64,000 bases of DNA from a virus: positions 1 through 64,000 of the IMG/VR virus record IMGVR_UViG_3300045988_111115; one strand, written 5' to 3'. Below, piece by piece: positions 17,898 through 27,600 of this stretch (position 1 is its first letter; every line of letters starts with the position of its first letter). Below the pieces are notes generated by a model, which was not told where the DNA came from, searched no databases, and saw nothing but the letters and a program-made list of their open reading frames with translations. The position numbers and the translations under genes were made by a program.

Positions 17898-19047
17898 ACC
17901 GACAACTGAACAAGAAATATTATTTCGTAAAAGTGCTGGTGTATCGAGATGGGCATATAATTTCTTTTTAGGTGAGAATGAACGAATATACAGAGAGTAT
18001 ATTGACAATGGAAAAGTTGGTAAGAAAAGCATTAGCGAAGGTGATGTTAGGAAATACATAAATAATATATTAAAACCAACTACTCATTCTTGGCTCAAAG
18101 AAGTTGGAAGTAATGTAATGAAACAAGGTGTTAAAGATGCCAGTCTTGCATTGCAAAGATATTTTAAAGGCTTGTCTGGAAAGCCCAAATTTAAGTCCAA
18201 ACATAAAGACAGACCGAGTTTTTATGTCAATTATGAAAGTCTTTCAAGAAAACAAGGTGGTTTTCAAGGAGAAAAAATAGGCTTTGTAAAAACATCGGAG
18301 GCACTTCCTAAACTAAATAAAAATGAAAAATATTCAAATCCAAGAATAACGTTTGACGGAAAATATTGGTATCTATCTGTTGGCTATGAAGTGCAAGAAA
18401 GCACAGTGGAATTAACAGACGAAAGTTTAGGAATAGATTTAGGAGTTAAAGATTTAGCAATTTGTTCAAACGGAAAGGTTTATAAAAATATAAACAAAAC
18501 TCAAAGAGTTAAAAAGTTAGAGAAGAAACTAAAACGTGAACAGCGAAAATTATCAAGGAAGATTGAAAATAATATTCAATCATATAAATCAAATAGAAAC
18601 CCTATATACAAAAGACCTTTGAAAGAATGTCAAAACATTCAAAAACAAAATCGTCTAATACGAAATATACATAGAAAACTTGCAAATATTCGTCAAAACC
18701 ATTTACATCAAACAACGACAGAGATAGTGAAAACCAAACCATCTCGAATAGTTATGGAAAGTTTAAATGTAAGTGGAATGATGAAAAATAAACATTTATC
18801 AAAAGCAATACAACAACAAAAATTTTATGAATTCAAAAGACAAATTGAATATAAGTCAAAACTAAATGGGATTGAATTCATTCAAGTTGATAAGTTTTAT
18901 CCAAGTAGTAAAACTTGTAGTTGTTGTGGAAATATCAAGAAAGATTTAAAACTTTCGGACAGAATGTATAAATGTGATGTTTGTGGTCTGGTTATTGACC
19001 GAGATTACAATGCAAGTATAAATTTAGCAAATTATGAAGTTATATAA
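17869..19047 (+). CDS. tnpB: TnpB (OrfB) RNA-guided nuclease; RuvC-I/II/III acidic residues and C-terminal zinc finger present
   Basis: GIDLGVKD (D), VMESLN (E), CSCCG...CDVCGLVIDRDYNASINLA (D plus Zn finger); 29-nt overlap with tnpA. Confidence 0.85.
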   Translation: MLITKKIRLKPTTEQEILFRKSAGVSRWAYNFFLGENERIYREYIDNGKVGKKSISEGDVRKYINNILKPTTHSWLKEVGSNVMKQGVKDASLALQRYFKGLSGKPKFKSKHKDRPSFYVNYESLSRKQGGFQGEKIGFVKTSEALPKLNKNEKYSNPRITFDGKYWYLSVGYEVQESTVELTDESLGIDLGVKDLAICSNGKVYKNINKTQRVKKLEKKLKREQRKLSRKIENNIQSYKSNRNPIYKRPLKECQNIQKQNRLIRNIHRKLANIRQNHLHQTTTEIVKTKPSRIVMESLNVSGMMKNKHLSKAIQQQKFYEFKRQIEYKSKLNGIEFIQVDKFYPSSKTCSCCGNIKKDLKLSDRMYKCDVCGLVIDRDYNASINLANYEVI

Positions 19048-19234
19048 ATTCACTTAAAAGAATTATATAACTATGTACCTATCGCTATTAGGGAATTTAC
19101 GTCTATGGAGTGTCATAACAAATGAAAGTAGCTACGGCAAAATCAGACACGTTGAAGTAGAAAGTCTTAATCGTGAGATAAGGCACAGTATAGATTTATA
19201 TAAATTAGTTGTAATTTGTATATGTTTATCATAG
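19048..19234 (+). ncRNA. IStron 3' segment: candidate omega-RNA scaffold and intron 3' end / 3' splice site
   Basis: Non-coding 187 nt after the tnpB stop; stem-loop-prone sequence (cacgttgaag...cttaatcgtg); abuts the ligase exon 2. Confidence 0.4.
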
Positions 19235-20232
19235 CGGATAAAGCTATAACAAGACAGCTTGAATTAGGTGGTGTAGTATTCCACGCTTTTGATATACTTT
19301 TCTTTAAAGGTATTGACTTACGTAAAATGCCTTTGGAAAGACGTAAAGTGTATCTGCATATAGTATGTGATACTTTAAATTCACCTTTTGTGAAAGAGGT
19401 AAAGTACTATGATGAAGACGGAATAGTAGTACCCCTTTTAAGTATGTCTGATAGGGATAGAATATTGAATAACCCTGAACTATATCCGAATTTAGCTGAG
19501 GATATAAAGCACTATATGTCAAATGCACTGTATTATGAGGAAGATGAGAGTAATGACGGTGAGCCTTTACCTTTTAGAATTTCCAAAGCTTCTTACTATG
19601 AGTATATAGTCTTTACAGGAGGAGAGGGAGTAGTAGTAAAGCCTAAGACAGGTAAGTACTATCACAAAAGAGGTAGAGAGTATGAGAAGATAAAGAAGTT
19701 CCTAACAAGAGAATGTATTATCTGTGGTTTTACCCCACCTACACAAGCGTATAAGGGTAAGTTCCCTGATGATAGTTGGTCCTATTGGATAGACAATGAG
19801 ACAGGAGAAAAGCAAGACCCTGAAGAGTGTGCTAATATGTCAGCTAAGAAGTTACAAAAGACTTGCACACCTGTTACAAAGTACTACTTTGAAAATTGGG
19901 TAGGTAATGTAGAGTATGGAGTGCTAATCTCCGAAGATGAGATTAAGAAGTTACCTAAGAACAAAAATCACGATATTAGGACAGTCGAAGTATTGACAGA
20001 CTATAATGACAGAAAGTATCTAAAAGTACTTGTTGTAGGTGAATGTAGTGGTTTTGATGATGATGAGAGAGCGTGGTTTACTGAACATAAAGATGAAGTA
20101 ATCGGTCAAGTAATCGAAGTCAAAGCTAATGAGATATTCAGAGATACAGGTAAACTTAGACACCCTCGCTATTTGAGACTAAGACCTGATAAGTCGGCTG
20201 AACAGTGTACCTTTAAAGAGCATATACTTTAA
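19235..20232 (+). CDS. ATP-dependent DNA ligase, 3' exon or C-terminal fragment (AFDIL...PLERR, motif V EGVVVK, OB-fold region); exact exon start uncertain
   Basis: HAFDILFFKGIDLRKMPLERRKVYL and GGEGVVVKPKTGKYY; the open frame begins after the stop at 19201; the track ORF starts at TTG 19216. Confidence 0.7.
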
Positions 20233-20241
20233 ATTTTAAGC

Positions 20242-20257
20242 AAAGCTATTTACAAAT
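20242..20257 (+). promoter_or_regulatory. 16-mer AAAGCTATTTACAAAT (copy 1), identical to 31685-31700
   Basis: Exact 16-nt identity at two sites, upstream of the terminase and of the tape-measure gene. Confidence 0.45.
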
Positions 20258-20277
20258 TCGGTAAATATGTATATAAT

Positions 20278-20312
20278 AGTCCTGTAATAAATTCATTGCA
20301 GGACTATTTTTT
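20278..20312 (+). terminator. Hairpin agtcctg...caggact plus T6 (terminator after the ligase)
   Basis: 7-bp stem, 14-nt loop, U-run. Confidence 0.45.
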
Positions 20313-20337
20313 ATGCAGTATTTAAGGAGGAGTAACA

Positions 20338-22041
20338 TTGCGTAGACTAAAGATTGAATTTATATTTTTATTTATTTACATTTTAATTTTTGTAGATAGC
20401 CATTTGCAGAGGTTATCTAATTCTATATTTACACTAAAAGCAAATGCAGGTAGAGTAACTACAGCAGAGTTAGTAAACAGAATATATAGTTTTTGTGAAG
20501 TACTTACAGGTAAAGTGCTTTACCCTTATCAAGAGCAGTTCTCAAAGCGTGTTATACGTTCCATTTTAGAGAATGACGGTGAAGAAATAACATCATTATT
20601 CGCCCGACAGTCAGGTAAGTCTGAAACAATATCAGATACAGTATCAGGACTTATGGTTATACTTCCGATACTTGCTAATATGCCAATGTTCGCAGATGAT
20701 AAACGACTTATGATGTTTAAAGAGGGTTTTACAGTAGGTATATTCGCACCTGGACAGCACCAAGCACAAATCACATACAACCGTATCCGTTCAAGGTTGA
20801 CAGGTAAGACTGCACAGAAAGTACTGCACGACCCCGAAATTATGCTTAACTTCACTACTTCAAACGGTACTACTTGCTCATTAAGTAATGGCTCATTCGT
20901 TACAGCTATTTCAGCTTCCGACCAATCAAACATTGAGGGTGAAAGTTTTATGCTAATCATATGTGAAGAGTGTCAGGATATAAGTAACTTTAAGATAACT
21001 AAGTCTATTCACCCTATGGGTGCGGCTTACAATGCTACTATTGTTAAGATAGGTACTGCTACAACCTTTAAAGGAAACTTCTACTTTGCTATACAGAGAA
21101 ATAAAAAGAACGACGCTTTAAAATCTTCACATATCCGCAATCACTTTGAGTATGATTGGAAGATAGCCGCCAAGTACAACCCTAAGTATGCAAGGTATGT
21201 AGAGAAAGAGAAGTTGCGTTTAGGAGAAAACTCAGATGAGTTCAGAATGTCATATTGTCTTGAATGGATTATAGAAAGAGGTATGTTTATAGATATAGAT
21301 ATATTTGAACAGAATAATGGTGAGCCATTACTTGATAGAGTAATGTATGATAAAAAAGCCGTACATTGTGCAGGTATAGATATAGGTGGAGCAAATGATG
21401 ATACCATTATAACTGAATGTGAAGTAGATTGGAGTACACCTGTTATCAGTGAAACACGTACTGACCCTGAAACAGGAGAAGATATGATGTATGAGTGTTA
21501 CAACAGCTACTTAAAAGATTGGTTTTGTATCCATAATGTACCAAACCACGAGGAGCAATATCCTATGATTATAGACTACCTGAGCCACTTTAATAATGCA
21601 AGGGTGGTATGTGACGCTACAAGAGAGCGAAGTGTGTCAGATAGACTACAGGCAAACTTAAAGTGTGAAGTAATACCTTTTGTATTCACCCCAAAGAGTA
21701 AGTCGGAATTATACAAGACTTTAGAGCGTGAAATAAGTTCAGGTAGAGCGAGAGTTTGTATGTCCGAGAAAGCTAAGCAGTCAAAAGAGTATCAAGACTT
21801 TATACATCAGTTAGGAGACCTACAAAAAGGTTGGAGAGGTAGTAACCTTGTAGTAGCACACCCTGATGAAAAGGACGCACACGACGATTACCCTGATAGT
21901 TGGGCTTTAGCAGTATGGGGCTGTACTACTAAAGGGTCTACTACAGTACCTGAAACTTTTGGTAACAGCTTTACACAGAAGACACAAAATCAAATAAAAT
22001 CAAAAAGAAGTGCTAATAGACTTATGGCACGTAGAAGATAG
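20338..22041 (+). CDS. terL: Terminase large subunit (TTG start)
   Basis: Walker A-like ARQSGKSE; 567 aa; nuclease-domain acidic residues toward the C-terminus; position before the portal. Confidence 0.8.
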   Translation: MRRLKIEFIFLFIYILIFVDSHLQRLSNSIFTLKANAGRVTTAELVNRIYSFCEVLTGKVLYPYQEQFSKRVIRSILENDGEEITSLFARQSGKSETISDTVSGLMVILPILANMPMFADDKRLMMFKEGFTVGIFAPGQHQAQITYNRIRSRLTGKTAQKVLHDPEIMLNFTTSNGTTCSLSNGSFVTAISASDQSNIEGESFMLIICEECQDISNFKITKSIHPMGAAYNATIVKIGTATTFKGNFYFAIQRNKKNDALKSSHIRNHFEYDWKIAAKYNPKYARYVEKEKLRLGENSDEFRMSYCLEWIIERGMFIDIDIFEQNNGEPLLDRVMYDKKAVHCAGIDIGGANDDTIITECEVDWSTPVISETRTDPETGEDMMYECYNSYLKDWFCIHNVPNHEEQYPMIIDYLSHFNNARVVCDATRERSVSDRLQANLKCEVIPFVFTPKSKSELYKTLEREISSGRARVCMSEKAKQSKEYQDFIHQLGDLQKGWRGSNLVVAHPDEKDAHDDYPDSWALAVWGCTTKGSTTVPETFGNSFTQKTQNQIKSKRSANRLMARRR

Positions 22042-22055
22042 AGAGGAGAAGTAGT

Positions 22056-23582
22056 ATGTTAGGTTTTGAAAGAACAAGAAGTTTTAATGACCTGTCAAAT
22101 GCTAATTTAGTAGGTTTACAAGGAGAGTTAGACGCTAAGCAATCGGAGCGTTTGTCCAGAATAAGACGTTATTGGAACTTCTATGAGGGTTATCATTGGG
22201 AAGAACTTGCCGAGCAAGAGGGAACAGAAATGACAGTGAATTACTGTAGAGCCTTTGTAAACAAGTATGTGTCCTTTGAGTTAGGAGATAGCTTTACTTA
22301 TGGTGTACATAAGAACGCAGAAAACGCAATAGTAACACCCGACGGTAAAACACTATTTGAGTATATAGAGAGTGTTTGGGTTGATAATAAACAGTACAAC
22401 TTTTCTACAGAGTTCGGTCAAATGAAGTCTGTTACAGGCGAGAGTTGGGTACAAGTAAAATATGTAGCACAAGGTGAAGAGCCTGACCCATTTAACAAGT
22501 ACCCTAACGGTAGAATAAGATTGATATTACTACCTACTCATACGGTATTCCCTGAATATGCCGAACACGACAGAGACAGACTTGTCAAGGTGACTATAAT
22601 GTATATGTATGAAGCTACTGAACAACCGACCTTTTTAAGAGGTAAAGCAAGTAAGAAGCAAGTAATATATAAGCAAGTATGGACAGATAAAGAGTGTGTT
22701 ATTTACGACGGAGATAAAGAGCCACAGCATTTTGTAAACCGCTATGGATTTATACCTTTTGTTAAGACTAATAACCTTGATATAGCAGGTAAGTCAGAGG
22801 GAGTAAGCGACCTTGAAGACCTTATCCCTTTGAACACTGCATACAACTTAAAAGAAAGTAATATGTCAGAGATACTTGACTATCACGCAGCCCCTGTAAC
22901 CTTGGTATTCGGTGCTAAGATAGGTAATCTTGAAAAAGGTGCTAATAAACTATGGGGAGGTATGCCTAAAGACGCTAAAGTACAAAACCTTGAACTAAAT
23001 GGTGACTTAGGTGCAAGTAGACTATTTGCAGAAAACTTAAAGCTTGCTATGTGTGAGATAGGTGGTATGCCTGAAAGTACCTTAGGTGGCTCACAGGCTA
23101 TCAGTAATACAAGTGGTGTTGCACTACAGTATATGAATTTGCCACTTATTGACCGTACAAAGATTAAGAAGAACAATACAGAAGACGGAATAGAGAGAAT
23201 TAATGAGATGATGTTACTTGTATCACTATATGAGGGACTAATCTTTAAGCCTGAAAATCTGCCACTAAGAGAACTACTGTACACTGAGGTAGCTATCCCT
23301 GATACACTACCTAAGGACACTCTTCTTGAACTACAACAGATACAGATTGAAATGCAACTTGGTCTTGAAAACCGTAAAGGTGCTATGAGAAGATTAGGTA
23401 AAGAGAATATAGAAACATATATGATAGAGATAGACAGAGAAAGAGAGGAACACCCTGAATTTTATGGTAGTGAAAGTCCACAACTAAACAGTGGTATGAC
23501 TAACGGAGAAACACCAAAAGAGATGTACAATAAAGAAGTAAATGGTGAAAATAGAGGTCAAGCAAGAGAGACCGAATTATAA
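22056..23582 (+). CDS. Portal protein
   Basis: 508 aa directly after terL; conserved gene order. Confidence 0.7.
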   Translation: MLGFERTRSFNDLSNANLVGLQGELDAKQSERLSRIRRYWNFYEGYHWEELAEQEGTEMTVNYCRAFVNKYVSFELGDSFTYGVHKNAENAIVTPDGKTLFEYIESVWVDNKQYNFSTEFGQMKSVTGESWVQVKYVAQGEEPDPFNKYPNGRIRLILLPTHTVFPEYAEHDRDRLVKVTIMYMYEATEQPTFLRGKASKKQVIYKQVWTDKECVIYDGDKEPQHFVNRYGFIPFVKTNNLDIAGKSEGVSDLEDLIPLNTAYNLKESNMSEILDYHAAPVTLVFGAKIGNLEKGANKLWGGMPKDAKVQNLELNGDLGASRLFAENLKLAMCEIGGMPESTLGGSQAISNTSGVALQYMNLPLIDRTKIKKNNTEDGIERINEMMLLVSLYEGLIFKPENLPLRELLYTEVAIPDTLPKDTLLELQQIQIEMQLGLENRKGAMRRLGKENIETYMIEIDREREEHPEFYGSESPQLNSGMTNGETPKEMYNKEVNGENRGQARETEL

Positions 23583-23660
23583 AAGTTTGTACCAAACCTC
23601 TTGACACAGTAATTTTACTATGCTAAGATAAGTTTGTAAAAAATTTAAGGAGGAATTACA

Positions 23661-24461
23661 ATGAACACTAAAGGTAATTTTAAAGCAGAAGCAAAGGGAG
23701 CAATTAGACGTGTAATGTCAATGGTAGCACTAAGTGTATTTGCAGATGAGGGAGACCCTCAACCACCAACTAATACAGGTGCTACAAGTACTCAGCAAAT
23801 CAACTATGAAGAGTTGATTAAACAGGCAAGACAAGAAGAGAAAGATAAACTCTACGGTCAAATCAATACCCTAAAGGAACGAAACAAAGTATTAGTCGAA
23901 AGCAATAACGAAACACTTATTAAGTGTGCAGAGTTAAAGGCTCAACTTGAAGCAGAAATCGCAAAGCAGAACAATGGGGAAAAGACAGAAGAAGTACTAA
24001 AACTTGAAAAGCGTATCAGTGAGTTGGAAGATGAGAATAAGACTTTAAAGGAAAGTACACCTGATGAAGCTACTCTAAGACAACAAATTGAAGCCGAGTT
24101 TACGGTGAAAAATCACCTAAGCACAGTTAAGGAAAAGAACAAAGACAAAGTACTTGATGTCTTTATGGACGAGATTACAGGTAACACTGTAGAAGAAATT
24201 GATAACTCTTTGGCTAAAGCTATTGAGAAGTCAGACAGTGTACGTAAGCAAGTAATCGGTGATAAGCCTGACGGTAATAAGAAACCACAGATTGGAGAAG
24301 ACCCTAAAGACCCTAAGCAGAGTAAACCTGCAACACCACCTGTAGCAAACCCTAACGGCGGTAGTACAATGCCTAAAGGTTTTGACCCTGAGTATGTACG
24401 TGGCTTGCAACCTGGTACACCTGAGTATGAAGAGTTCAGAAAGTCATTAGGTCTACACTAA
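23661..24461 (+). CDS. Scaffolding protein (coiled-coil, charged)
   Basis: E/K-rich heptad-like sequence between the portal and capsid genes. Confidence 0.6.
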   Translation: MNTKGNFKAEAKGAIRRVMSMVALSVFADEGDPQPPTNTGATSTQQINYEELIKQARQEEKDKLYGQINTLKERNKVLVESNNETLIKCAELKAQLEAEIAKQNNGEKTEEVLKLEKRISELEDENKTLKESTPDEATLRQQIEAEFTVKNHLSTVKEKNKDKVLDVFMDEITGNTVEEIDNSLAKAIEKSDSVRKQVIGDKPDGNKKPQIGEDPKDPKQSKPATPPVANPNGGSTMPKGFDPEYVRGLQPGTPEYEEFRKSLGLH

Positions 24462-24497
24462 AGACCTAACACAAATTGAAAGGAGTTTAACAAAACT

Positions 24498-25529
24498 ATG
24501 AAAAGAAACCTATTAAAGATGATTATTACATTTATGCAGGGTCTGTTCTCAATGTTCAGTACACCTGTATTTGCTGACAGTGCTATGACAACAGCAGTTG
24601 TTGACGGTAGCGGTAATGTAAAGTTTACAGACGCTGTCCGTATGGTTTACTCAAAAGAAATTGAGTACAAGGCACTACCTGTTATGAGATTTATGCAATT
24701 CGCTCAAGTCCGTACTGAGTTGGGTGTAACACCTGGTCTGACGATAACAATGCTCACCTATAATAACCTTAAACTCGGTGGTGCATTGACAGAAATGACG
24801 AAAATGCAGACACAAGCTATGAGTGGCTCAACAAAGCAGATTACCGTACACGAATATGGTAATGCTATCGGCTTCTCAGAACTTCTTGTACGTTCGTCAT
24901 TTGATGATATTATGGCAAGTGCTACCACACTTCTTGGTCGTGACTATGCACAAGTCCTTGATTGTGAACTAAGAGACGTTGCCCTTGAGGGTACTAACAT
25001 AGTTTACTCAAAGGGTACTTCAAGAGCAGAAATTACGGCGGCAGATGTACTTCAAGTTAAGCAAATCAAGGACGCTATCGAAATTCTTGCTACAAACAAC
25101 GCACCAAAAGTTGCAGGTGCTAATTGGATATGCTTTGTTCACCCACACCAAAGCCGTACTCTAAGAGACGACAGTGCTTGGATAAACGCTTCAAATTATG
25201 GTGCACCTGAACAGCTATTTACAGGAGAAATCGGCAGAATTGATGATACACGTTTTATTGAAACAACCCTTATGTGTAATGGTGCTGTTGCTGAGGACGA
25301 CCCTGCATATGTTGCAGAACTTAAAAAGGGTGAGGGCGGAAACCTAACACCTATTTACCAAGCAGTTATTTTCGGAGAAGCTTATTATGGCATTGCTTTC
25401 TCACTTCCTGTTGAGTTGAGAGACAACGGTGTTGATGATTTCGGAAGAGAAAGAGCGTTGGCTTGGTACTCAATCTTTGGTGTAGGTAAGCTACACGACG
25501 AGTACGGTGTAGTTATTGAAACTGCCTAA
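24498..25529 (+). CDS. Major capsid protein (by position and size)
   Basis: 343 aa after the scaffold; strong GGAG RBS. Confidence 0.6.
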   Translation: MKRNLLKMIITFMQGLFSMFSTPVFADSAMTTAVVDGSGNVKFTDAVRMVYSKEIEYKALPVMRFMQFAQVRTELGVTPGLTITMLTYNNLKLGGALTEMTKMQTQAMSGSTKQITVHEYGNAIGFSELLVRSSFDDIMASATTLLGRDYAQVLDCELRDVALEGTNIVYSKGTSRAEITAADVLQVKQIKDAIEILATNNAPKVAGANWICFVHPHQSRTLRDDSAWINASNYGAPEQLFTGEIGRIDDTRFIETTLMCNGAVAEDDPAYVAELKKGEGGNLTPIYQAVIFGEAYYGIAFSLPVELRDNGVDDFGRERALAWYSIFGVGKLHDEYGVVIETA

Positions 25530-25553
25530 GAATTTAATAGGAGGTAAAGAGTA

Positions 25554-25865
25554 ATGGCAAAGATACCAAGTAGTAGAGGTAAGTCCTCTACAAAAGTTAG
25601 TGAAGACACTAACAATGTAACAATGGACGTTGCAGAGGAAGAGACACCCGTACAAGATACAGGTGTTACTATAGAGGGTTTAGAAGAGCAAGAGAAAAAG
25701 ACTGTTGCACCTATTCCCCCTAAAAGCGTTAAGATAAAAATGGCTATGAGCCATAGATGTAACATTGGTGGCACAGTATATAACCTTGAAAAAGGTAAGA
25801 CATATGTTGTACCTGAAAATGTTAAGCACATTCTAAGTAAGTCGGGTCTACTTTTACCTCTGTAA
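25554..25865 (+). CDS. Hypothetical head-associated protein
   Basis: 103-aa ORF in the head module. Confidence 0.45.
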   Translation: MAKIPSSRGKSSTKVSEDTNNVTMDVAEEETPVQDTGVTIEGLEEQEKKTVAPIPPKSVKIKMAMSHRCNIGGTVYNLEKGKTYVVPENVKHILSKSGLLLPL

Positions 25866-25891
25866 TGTGACAGTTAAAGGAGGTTGTCAAT

Positions 25892-26671
25892 GTGACTAAA
25901 GAGAAGCTGATAAAGTTTTTAAAAAGTTCTATTCACATTCAAGACCCCGACATTGGAAACGATAGCAAGTACTTGTCAATGACTGATGAGGACTTAGAGT
26001 TATATTTAACAGTCGCATTATCAAGGGACTTCTCTAAAGTAAGGTCTCTTGACGTTCTACCCGAAGCGTATGTGTACCCCTTAATTCTATTGGCGAAGAA
26101 AGAACTCTACTATACATTAGCAGTTATTGAAGCACCTCTTTATGATATGGGTGCTGATAACAATAACTACTTGAAACGTGAGCAGAGATTTAAACACTAT
26201 ATGGCATTAATAGAACAGGTGGATAAAGAATACAATCAGTATCAAGCTGATAACGAGACAGGCACTAATGGAACTCTAATCACTTATGATGTACTATTAG
26301 GTGATAGGTACTTTACTAAGAGATACCGAAACAAGGGTGTGGTGCCTGTCGTTTCTTTATATGCAGATGAAGTAGCTACAGACTATGTAAAGTTGTCTTG
26401 GGAGCGTGTTATCATAAACTTTGCAGAGTTCAGAATTTATCTATCAGAGAAACCAATTTACAATCCATACGATTTGACAAACCCAATAGATAAGGACGCT
26501 GTTCTTATGTTCAAAGTAATGGAAGATACACACAAAATGTGTCAAATAAACGACTTAAAACCTGATACTGAATACTACATCTGTATAGAATACATTGATA
26601 AGAGCGGTCTAAAAGGCTACAGTCAAATAGTCATAGATACTACCCCCGAAGAGATAACAGGAGGTGAGTAG
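25892..26671 (+). CDS. Hypothetical structural protein (GTG start)
   Basis: 259-aa ORF in the morphogenesis module. Confidence 0.5.
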   Translation: MTKEKLIKFLKSSIHIQDPDIGNDSKYLSMTDEDLELYLTVALSRDFSKVRSLDVLPEAYVYPLILLAKKELYYTLAVIEAPLYDMGADNNNYLKREQRFKHYMALIEQVDKEYNQYQADNETGTNGTLITYDVLLGDRYFTKRYRNKGVVPVVSLYADEVATDYVKLSWERVIINFAEFRIYLSEKPIYNPYDLTNPIDKDAVLMFKVMEDTHKMCQINDLKPDTEYYICIEYIDKSGLKGYSQIVIDTTPEEITGGE

Positions 26672-26673
26672 CT

Positions 26674-27114
26674 ATGGCTCACGACTATTCAGAGATACAA
26701 AACGCTTTCTTAGATGGTACACTTGAAATCTTTACTGAACTATTCACAGATAAAGTACAGCTTTATTTGTTAGATACAGAAAAGACTGTTGTTGACCCCT
26801 TGTATGAGGAGACATCTAAGAAGTGTTATAAAGAGCCTATAGACGTGGTAGCACAAGTAATTCTTTCAAGACAGCAAGGTGATAAAACACCCGAAGCAAT
26901 ACTTACCAATGCCGCGGTTAAGTTACCTGCAAAAGTACTTATAGATTTGAATATCCCCTTTGAGAGTAAAGAGGACCTAAAAGTACTTGAACAAAGTCGT
27001 ATAAAGTACAAAGGTACTACCCTACAAGTGAATGTTGCAGAGCCAAGCACTCTTGTAGGTGACACTTTTATCTTTGTTACTTTATCGTGTACTATGGTAA
27101 AGCAGAGGGGGTAA
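26674..27114 (+). CDS. Head-tail adaptor/completion protein (by position)
   Basis: 146-aa ORF. Confidence 0.45.
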   Translation: MAHDYSEIQNAFLDGTLEIFTELFTDKVQLYLLDTEKTVVDPLYEETSKKCYKEPIDVVAQVILSRQQGDKTPEAILTNAAVKLPAKVLIDLNIPFESKEDLKVLEQSRIKYKGTTLQVNVAEPSTLVGDTFIFVTLSCTMVKQRG

Positions 27115-27119
27115 ATACT

Positions 27120-27599
27120 ATGGGTCAGTACTACTTGAAAATGACAGGTCAATGGAAAGAAGCTAACAATGCTTTAAAAAAACTTGCTACCGAACTTAGA
27201 CCCACCCTTGTTGCCGAAGTTACAAGTGAGGGAGAGTTAGTACTTGATAAGTTACGAGGACATATCTACTCAGGAGACTTAGATTGGTCTCCCCTTTCAC
27301 CTGATACAATCCGTATTAAGAATGGCGATAGCACTATCCTTGTAGAGACAGGCACTTTAGCTAACTCTTTCACAGTACAAAAGTTTGACTTTGGTACAGG
27401 TGTTAATGTATTTGTAGGTATTCCTACAGGTACTTCTCACCCAAGTGGTGTAAGTGCTGATACATTGATGATGTGGATAGAACAAGGTACAAGTCGTATG
27501 CCTGCAAGACCTCTTATTGCACCAACACTTGATGAGGTTGCACAAGAGTTGCCAAGTAAGTGGACAGAAGTGATGAGCAAGTTTATGGGAGGACTGTAG
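27120..27599 (+). CDS. Head closure / neck protein (by position)
   Basis: ORF 27087..27599; ATG 27120 after a GAGGGGG RBS. Confidence 0.45.
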   Translation: MGQYYLKMTGQWKEANNALKKLATELRPTLVAEVTSEGELVLDKLRGHIYSGDLDWSPLSPDTIRIKNGDSTILVETGTLANSFTVQKFDFGTGVNVFVGIPTGTSHPSGVSADTLMMWIEQGTSRMPARPLIAPTLDEVAQELPSKWTEVMSKFMGGL

Positions 27600-27600
27600 T

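Larger units (their letters stand above)
16679..19234 (+). mobile_element. IStron-like element: group I intron core at the 5' end fused to an IS607-family IS (serine TnpA plus TnpB). It is inserted in-frame between DNA ligase motifs IV and V. Boundaries are approximate (a few nt at the 5' end; the 3' splice site may lie up to about 30 nt upstream of 19234)
   Basis: Group I P/Q/R/S elements at 16773-17102. tnpA 17262-17897 and tnpB 17869-19047 overlap. The ligase halves flank the element in the same frame. Confidence 0.7.

Noticed and set aside
16679-19234. Simple IS607 insertion that inactivated the ligase
   Set aside because: Group I core elements P/Q/R/S in canonical order upstream of tnpA, and same-frame ligase halves, favour an IStron. 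This still needs splicing evidence.
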